DNA from: Octopus bimaculoides
Taxonomy: Eukaryota
Reading direction: 5' to 3'
Length of the DNA stretch: 53,246 nucleotides
Assembly (NCBI RefSeq): GCF_001194135.2
Contig: NC_068990.1
Coordinates: 54,452,588 to 54,505,833 of the forward strand
Below are positions 46,611-53,246 of this stretch, one piece after another (position 1 is the stretch's first letter; the number at the start of each line of letters is the position of its first letter). Under the pieces are notes generated by a model. The model did no database searches, was not told where the DNA came from, and saw nothing but the letters and a program-made list of their open reading frames with translations. Position numbers and translations under genes: made by a program.

Positions 46611-47800
46611 GAATAAATTGTCGTCTAAGTTATGCAAAAATGAAAATAACACTGACATCTCATTTTAACAGATATTTTTACCAAAATTACATTAAAATAT
46701 CTTGAGATAGTAAAGAGTAAATTTATTCAACAAAACCACCATTGGCTTCAACCATGGCCTCCAGACAACTTTGGAATCTCCTTCAACTCTTCTGGATGGT
46801 CTCCTTGTTCAAGTTGGTGAATGCTGCTATAATCCTTGCCCTCAGTTCATCTTTGGTGTTACAAGGAGTTTTGTTGGTCTCTCACTCAACCATGCAGCAC
46901 ACATGATAATTAAGGGGGTTGCAGTCTGGGAAGTTAGGTGGCCAGATGTTAGGGGTGATGTGGTTGTAGAAAGCCATGACTGGGTTCTCCTGCTTGTGTG
47001 GCAAGGCGCAGAGTCCTATTGCCAAACATAGGGTCTTCCAGCAGCCCCCTCTTGATCCAGAGCAGCCCTACCTCCTCCAGTCACTCGATGTAGCCTTCTA
47101 TGTTGAGTCTGAGGCCGTGTAGGGAAATGAACAGAGGCATAACATTGCCATCACTAGTGATCACTCTAGATACTATGATTTTGACTGGATGTTTGATTTT
47201 TATCACACTTGGAAGATGTTTTGGAGACAGAGTAAGCCAGCAGTTGTTCTGAGTGTTCACCATCTGATCCTGGCAGAAAATTCTCTGGTCTGTTCAAAAG
47301 AGAAAATTCTCTGGTCTGTTCAAAAGCTTTGGGACATGGTTTTTCCTCTTGTCCTTGATGGCTTGGGATAAAAATTGATCCTTTCTCATCTTGCATGAGG
47401 AATACCGAATGTCTTCATGCACTACTTGCCCGATAAGATACTCCCATGTCCCTGGCGATGGACCTGATTGACTTGGAGATTTTGTCGCCAATCATGGCCT
47501 GGATCTCACCAACAAATTCAGGGGTTCATTTCTTATCAAAATGATGAGAGTGAGTTTTCCGAGCTGTCATATCTGCATAGTCACCATTAGAGTCATCCAA
47601 GTCTTTCCAAATCTTCTGCACGGTCCTCAGACTAACACCCAAACACTCTGAAATGTTCATATTGGAGCTTCCGTTATGAGTGCTAAGCAGTAGAGCATGT
47701 CGTTTCCAAATTTCTGGCTGAGTGAATTGTGTCATGGTGCTGTTTTTCTCACAGATGGTGCCCAACTGCCCCTACAAAACTGTGTAGTCAACAAAATCAA
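46611..47800 (-). mobile_element. Tc1/mariner superfamily DNA transposon, DD37D (maT)-like, decayed
   Basis: TA followed by a CAGGGTG terminus at 46609-46617. Transposase pieces 'ISECLGVSLRTVQK', 'SIRSIARDMGVS', 'SDGNVMP', QQDSAP- and PDCNP-like motifs. The other end is not seen (microsatellite and gap). Confidence 0.82.
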
Positions 47801-47806
47801 AAACAA

Positions 47807-47869
<63 letters not shown>

Positions 47870-48473
47870 AAATGAATATTTATATGTATGTATGTATATT
47901 TATATGTGTATATNNNNNNNNNNNNNNNNNNNNNNNNNNNNNNNNNNNNNNNNNNNNNNNNNNNNNNNNNNNNNNNNNNNNNNNNNNNNNNNNNNNNNNN
48001 NNNNNNNNNNNNNNNNNNNNNNNNNNNNNNNNNNNNNNNNNNNNNNNNNNNNNNNNNNNNNNNNNNNNNNNNNNNNNNNNNNNNNNNNNNNNNNNNNNNN
48101 NNNNNNNNNNNNNNNNNNNNNNNNNNNNNNNNNNNNNNNNNNNNNNNNNNNNNNNNNNNNNNNNNNNNNNNNNNNNNNNNNNNNNNNNNNNNNNNNNNNN
48201 NNNNNNNNNNNNNNNNNNNNNNNNNNNNNNNNNNNNNNNNNNNNNNNNNNNNNNNNNNNNNNNNNNNNNNNNNNNNNNNNNNNNNNNNNNNNNNNNNNNN
48301 NNNNNNNNNNNNNNNNNNNNNNNNNNNNNNNNNNNNNNNNNNNNNNNNNNNNNNNNNNNNNNNNNNNNNNNNNNNNNNNNNNNNNNNNNNNNNNNNNNNN
48401 NNNNNNNNNNNNNNNNNNNNNNNNNNNNNNNNNNNNNNNNNNNNNNNNNNNNNNNNACTTATTTGAATTTTGT

Positions 48474-48524
<51 letters not shown>

Positions 48525-48526
<2 letters not shown>

Positions 48527-49470
48527 TGCCAAAGAGCCTCTCGCTCAGAGTAAAAGGTAGACTGTATGATGAATGTGTGCGAATAGCCATGTTACATGCA
48601 GTGAGACATGGGCCATGACTGCTGAGGACATGTGTAAGCTTGCAAGGAATGAAGCTAGTATGCTCCGCTGGATGTGTAATGTCAATGTGCATACACGACA
48701 GAGTGTAAGCATCCTGAGAGAAAAGTTGGACATAAGAAGCATCAGATGTGGTGTGTAAGAGAGATGACTGCATTGGTATGGTCATGTGTTGCGTATGGAT
48801 GAGGACAGCTGTGTGAAAAAGTGTCACACCCTAGCAGTAGAGGTAACCTGTGGAAGAAGTAGACCTAGGATGAGGTGGTGAAGCACAACCTTCAAATGTT
48901 GGGCCTCACAGAGGTGATGACAAGTGACTGAGAATTTGGAAATATGATGTGCTTGAGAAGACCCGGCAAGCCAAGTAAGACAGTAACCGTGGCCTATGCC
49001 AGTGCAACATAATCGACCCATTTAAGAGTACCCTTCAATCATCGGGCAATAAACTGTGCTTGCGAAGACTTATTGAAGCAAGTGAAGTCATTGTTGTAGT
49101 CAATGTCAGTACTGCCTGATTGGCTCCCATGCTGGTGGCACGTATGAAGCACAATTCGAGCATGATTGTTGCCAGTGCTGGCTAACTGGTCCAGTGCTGG
49201 CTGACTGGTCCAGTGCAGGTAGAACATAAAAAGCACCATTCAAGTGTGGTCAATTCTAGTACTGCCTGACTGGCCCACATGCTGGTGGCACATAAAAAGT
49301 ACTTACTACATTCTCGGAGTGGTTGGTATTAGGAAGGGCATCCAGCTGTAGAAACTTTGCCAGATCAGATTGGAGCCTGGTGCAGCCTTCTGGCTTGCCA
49401 GCTCTCAGTCAAACTGTCCAACCCATGCCAGCATGGAAAACGGACGTTAAACGATGATGATGATGATGAT
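48525..49470 (+). mobile_element. 5'-truncated RTE-like LINE with (GAT)n tail
   Basis: 'SETWAMTAEDMCKLARNEASMLRWMCNV...LREKLDIRSIRC'; 3' UTR with 'aggaagggcatccagctgtagaaac'. Confidence 0.9.
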
Positions 49471-50053
49471 ATGTATACGTATATATTTTTNNNNNNNNNN
49501 NNNNNNNNNNNNNNNNNNNNNNNNNNNNNNNNNNNNNNNNNNNNNNNNNNNNNNNNNNNNNNNNNNNNNNNNNNNNNNNNNNNNNNNNNNNNNNNNNNNN
49601 NNNNNNNNNNNNNNNNNNNNNNNNNNNNNNNNNNNNNNNNNNNNNNNNNNNNNNNNNNNNNNNNNNNNNNNNNNNNNNNNNNNNNNNNNNNNNNNNNNNN
49701 NNNNNNNNNNNNNNNNNNNNNNNNNNNNNNNNNNNNNNNNNNNNNNNNNNNNNNNNNNNNNNNNNNNNNNNNNNNNNNNNNNNNNNNNNNNNNNNNNNNN
49801 NNNNNNNNNNNNNNNNNNNNNNNNNNNNNNNNNNNNNNNNNNNNNNNNNNNNNNNNNNNNNNNNNNNNNNNNNNNNNNNNNNNNNNNNNNNNNNNNNNNN
49901 NNNNNNNNNNNNNNNNNNNNNNNNNNNNNNNNNNNNNNNNNNNNNNNNNNNNNNNNNNNNNNNNNNNNNNNNNNNNNNNNNNNNNNNNNNNNNNNNNNNN
50001 NNNNNNNNNNNNNNNNNNNNNNNNNNNNNNNNNNNNNNNNNNNNNNNNNNNNN

Positions 50054-50103
<50 letters not shown>

Positions 50104-50147
50104 GTAAACATATATATGTATATATACCCAAGTAAGTACACAAATGT

Positions 50148-50336
50148 GGAAGCACATGGCCTAGTGGTTAGAGCTGTGGACTCACAGTTAAGGGATCATG
50201 AGTTTGAATCTCAGACTGGGCAATGTGTCTGTTTATAAGTGAAACACCTAAGCTCCATGCAGCTCTGGCAGAAGGTAATGGTAAACTTTGGCTGACTCTT
50301 TTGCCACAACTTTCTCTCACTCTTTCCCCCTGCATC
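50148..50336 (+). mobile_element. tRNA-derived SINE family D, 3'-truncated
   Basis: A-box TGGCCTAGTGG and B-box GAGTTTGAATC; body similar to the 28944 copy. Confidence 0.78.
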
Positions 50337-51555
50337 TACTGTTAACAACAATCATAGAAATGAATTGCCTGTGGCTACAGTTTAGCGTAGATATGAAGAT
50401 TGCAGTAGAGGAGTAACTACTGTAGGGCTGCTTTGTAGATGACATTTTTGGTTTTGCCTTCAGGAGTGTAGATGAATTAGTTGTCTGGATGGCTGGAACA
50501 ATTGATGTAGAACTGTCCATGTGAAAAGCATGACGTTCGAAGGTCCAATCTGACAACTTTCAATGATTGACCTTGTGCTTTGTTAATTGTCATGGCGAAG
50601 CTGAGTTTGAGAGGGAACTGAAGTCTCTGCATAGGGTAGGGGCAGTCTGTTGGGGTTAGTGGAAATTTCAGAATAAATACGGTATCATTTTTGCCATGTC
50701 CCATGATAATTTGGGCTTCAATGATGTGGTCTATCATTTGTTTGACCACAAGGCGAGTTCCATTGTATAGTGTGGGTGCATATAGATTGTGTAGGAAGAT
50801 AACAGGGCAGCCAACTTTTAAGTGAAGTTCATGGGGAGGGAGTCCTGGAGGATCTTGGGAATTGAGAAATTCTGTTGGAAAGTGTGCAACCTGATTGAGA
50901 TTAGTAATGGTGTCAACTGATCTGTAACAACATTCTTGAGAAGGTAGCTTACTGAGTAAGTTGTAGTTAAGAGTGGTGACAGCTGCATTTGTAGGTGCAA
51001 GAACAGACCTGTCGTGAAGCCAATCTGGTTTTATGTATTCCGTTGTAAGATTTGGGTAAATAGCAGAACATAAGTAGTCAAGGCTGGAGACATCATGGCC
51101 AATGATGGTAGTGTCAATGTATCCATTGTCATTGCATGCAATTTGTCCATTGCTGATTTTAAGGAGCATTTCTGAAAACTGGGTTGTAGGCTGACCCAGT
51201 GAATGGGCAGTGTAAAAACTGTAGTAGAAGATGAAGTGAAAGTAGCATAACTATTCATCAAGAGTAATGTCCCCCGAAGCAATGATCTTTGGTATTTGTT
51301 ATTTACCTATGAGAAGGTATTTTCGCCCCCTAGGGGCAGTATTACTCATTATGTGGAAAATTTGAAGAGTCTATGACCATCTCTGGAACATAAGTGATGT
51401 ATGTTCCCAGTGTGAACAAAATCGGATGAAAAATATTGATTTTAAGGGGGATCAAGAAAAAGGCCTTTACACACACACACACACACACACTCATCTTCAG
51501 TTTTGTTATATAAAAGATATACACACACACATCTTCAGTTTTGTTATATAAAAGA
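50337..51555 (-). mobile_element. Internally deleted Helitron with PIF1 helicase remnant (ORF 50477-51169), same family as 30941-33401
   Basis: 'HDRSVLAPTN...FPTEFLNSQDPPGLPPHELHLKVGCPV...RLQFPLKLSFAMTINKAQGQS'. 5' TC terminus at 51555. Confidence 0.9.
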
Positions 51556-51733
51556 TATACACACACACACACACACACACACGTACTTACATACATACAT
51601 ACAGATCCTTAAAGCCAGACATACACACACACAAACACACCCACATGTACACAAACTCACACACATTCAAGCACATATATGCACAATTGTTAATGTTTAG
51701 TTATTCTAGAAAACAATGAAAAGTTACTCTTAC

Positions 51734-51830
51734 TCCATTTGTCACCAAATATAACTGGGCAACCTCCATGGAGCAGACGTGTATCTGGTGTCCCATTGCG
51801 ATGTAAGTTGTACCACACAGCTGCTGCACC
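51734..51830 (-). CDS. P4HA: P4HA gene 2 exon (GAAAVWYNLHRNGTPDTRLLHGGCPVIFGDKW/I), retaining the distal Fe-binding His and the 2OG-binding Lys
   Basis: ttatag acceptor and gtaaga donor. 97 nt, phase 0 to 1. Canonical 'FWYNL...HAACPVLVGNKW' block. Confidence 0.95.
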
Positions 51831-51939
51831 CTATAACAATAACAACAACAACAACAAAAAAGAAATATTAAACCATGTGGTGTGGGATTTAATGGAAGAA
51901 ATTATCATAACGTATTACATAGTGTATGATTTCAAATAA

Positions 51940-52110
51940 TGATTTCTAACTGAAATACAAAACCACAAACATTAGGAGAGAGAGCAGTCATTTATATTGA
52001 TCCTAGTATATCACTGTTACAAAGATGAAAGGTTACTAGTGACAATAGAATGAATATTGGGGAATCACAAGTAAACAGTTCAAGGCATTCAGTTTGTTGC
52101 TCTACCAATT
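51940..52110 (-). mobile_element. Highly decayed SINE family A copy
   Basis: 'atttatattgatcctagtata...aaagatgaaagg...aatttcgccattcactg'. Confidence 0.4.
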
Positions 52111-52191
52111 TCGCCATTCACTGAAAAATATGATACAGTGCAAAGAGTTGAGAAATTGAATTTTTATGAAACAAAAAAAAATCTTTTTATA

Positions 52192-52353
52192 GGTGTAGGC
52201 ATGGTTGTGTGATAAGAAGCTTGCTTCCTAACCACATGGTTCAGGGTTCAGTCCTATTGCATGGCACCTTGGGCAAGTGTCTTCTACTATAGCCTCAAGT
52301 GACCAAAGCCTTGTGAATGGATCTGGCAGATGGAAACCGAAAGAAGCCTGTCA

Positions 52354-52394
<41 letters not shown>

Positions 52395-52614
52395 CTTTGT
52401 GCCTGTATTTGTACCCCACCACCACTTGACAACTGATGTTGATATGTCCCTGTAACTTAGCAGTTTGGCAAAAATAGAATAAGTGCCAGGCTTAACAAAA
52501 AAACAAAAAAATAAGTACTGGCATTGATTCGTTTGACCAAAAGTTCTTCAAGGTGGTGCCTCAGCATGGCCACAGTCTAATGATTGAAACAGATAAAAGA
52601 CAAAAGATAAAAGA
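52192..52614 (+). mobile_element. CORE-type tRNA-derived SINE with internal (TG)n
   Basis: tRNA-like head, CORE-like 'gcaccttgggcaagtgtctt', and 3' 'gataaaagacaaaagataaaaga' tail. Confidence 0.8.
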
Positions 52615-52828
52615 TACTGCCCAACCTTGAGACTAGTTTTGGTTCTATGATGTAAACCCTCTTATTTGAGAATGTTTACATTTTAGTCAAGACCACATTC
52701 ATAAGAACATTTTTGCTTAGTTAAGTTAACAACAAAATTTTCATTTAATTAAAACCCCTCAAAAATAATTGAGATGCATAACTAATATATTTTGTCAGAT
52801 ATATAGTAATGAAACAGTTAAGTCAAAC

Positions 52829-52897
52829 CTTTACAATTGGTACATGGATGTTAAGTTTGGGGAACACTGTTGCACCTCCCATTAGGACATCACTTAG
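52829..52897 (-). CDS. P4HA: P4HA gene 2 exon (LSDVLMGGATVFPKLNIHVPIVK); further exons lie beyond the window end
   Basis: ttttccag acceptor and gtttga donor. 69 nt, phase 0 to 0. Contains 'SDV..GGATVFP'. Confidence 0.95.
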
Positions 52898-53029
52898 CTG
52901 GAAAATAATAAAAGATTTCCACTGGTGAAATTGGAACAAAGTTGTTAATAATATGTTTGGATTTCATTTCATATGATAATTAATACCCTTAAATCTAAAA
53001 GTTACATCCAAATAACTTTTACACACTAA

Positions 53030-53119
53030 CACCCATGTACACACATGTGCAACACATATGCATACTCATGCATGCATATATACACACATGTATACAAACA
53101 TACATATCTATCTGTCTAT

Positions 53120-53166
<47 letters not shown>
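53030..53166. repeat. (CA/TA)n microsatellite
   Basis: Direct reading. Confidence 0.9.
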
Positions 53167-53170
<4 letters not shown>

Positions 53171-53246
53171 AAAGTGACTATATACAATATAAAACCAAAA
53201 AGGAAAAAATCAATTGTCACAGGGAGTAAGATCACTATACTAATCT

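Overview
AT-rich, repeat-dense animal genomic DNA with several N-gaps. Microsatellite load, SINE/LINE types and TTAGGG suggest a cephalopod (Octopus-like); this is inference. The window holds two convergent (tail-to-tail) intron-containing genes of the collagen prolyl 4-hydroxylase alpha-subunit (P4HA) family, neither visible in the ORF track. Gene 1 (+) has ten exons from 7362 to 30029 that splice in frame into 300 aa without a stop, yet all three Fe(II) ligands and the 2-oxoglutarate-binding Lys are replaced, making it a candidate pseudoenzyme. Gene 2 (-) shows its last three exons (52897-52829, 51830-51734, 44991-44921) and keeps the distal His and the Lys. The rest is decayed transposons: RTE-like LINEs, R4/Dong-like LINEs ending in (AAT)n, Penelope-like elements (PLEs), three Helitrons, a truncated Gypsy, a DD37D/maT-like transposon, tRNA-derived SINEs and microsatellites. 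The best leads are: the P4HA pseudoenzyme/enzyme pair; a PLE with a Ulp1/C48-like protease remnant in frame at its N-terminus; at least six hammerhead-ribozyme folds, one in the sense strand of a host intron inside a long inverted repeat; a Helitron carrying a TTAGGG array; and chains of elements linked by (AAT)n. All alignments, folds and identities were judged by eye.
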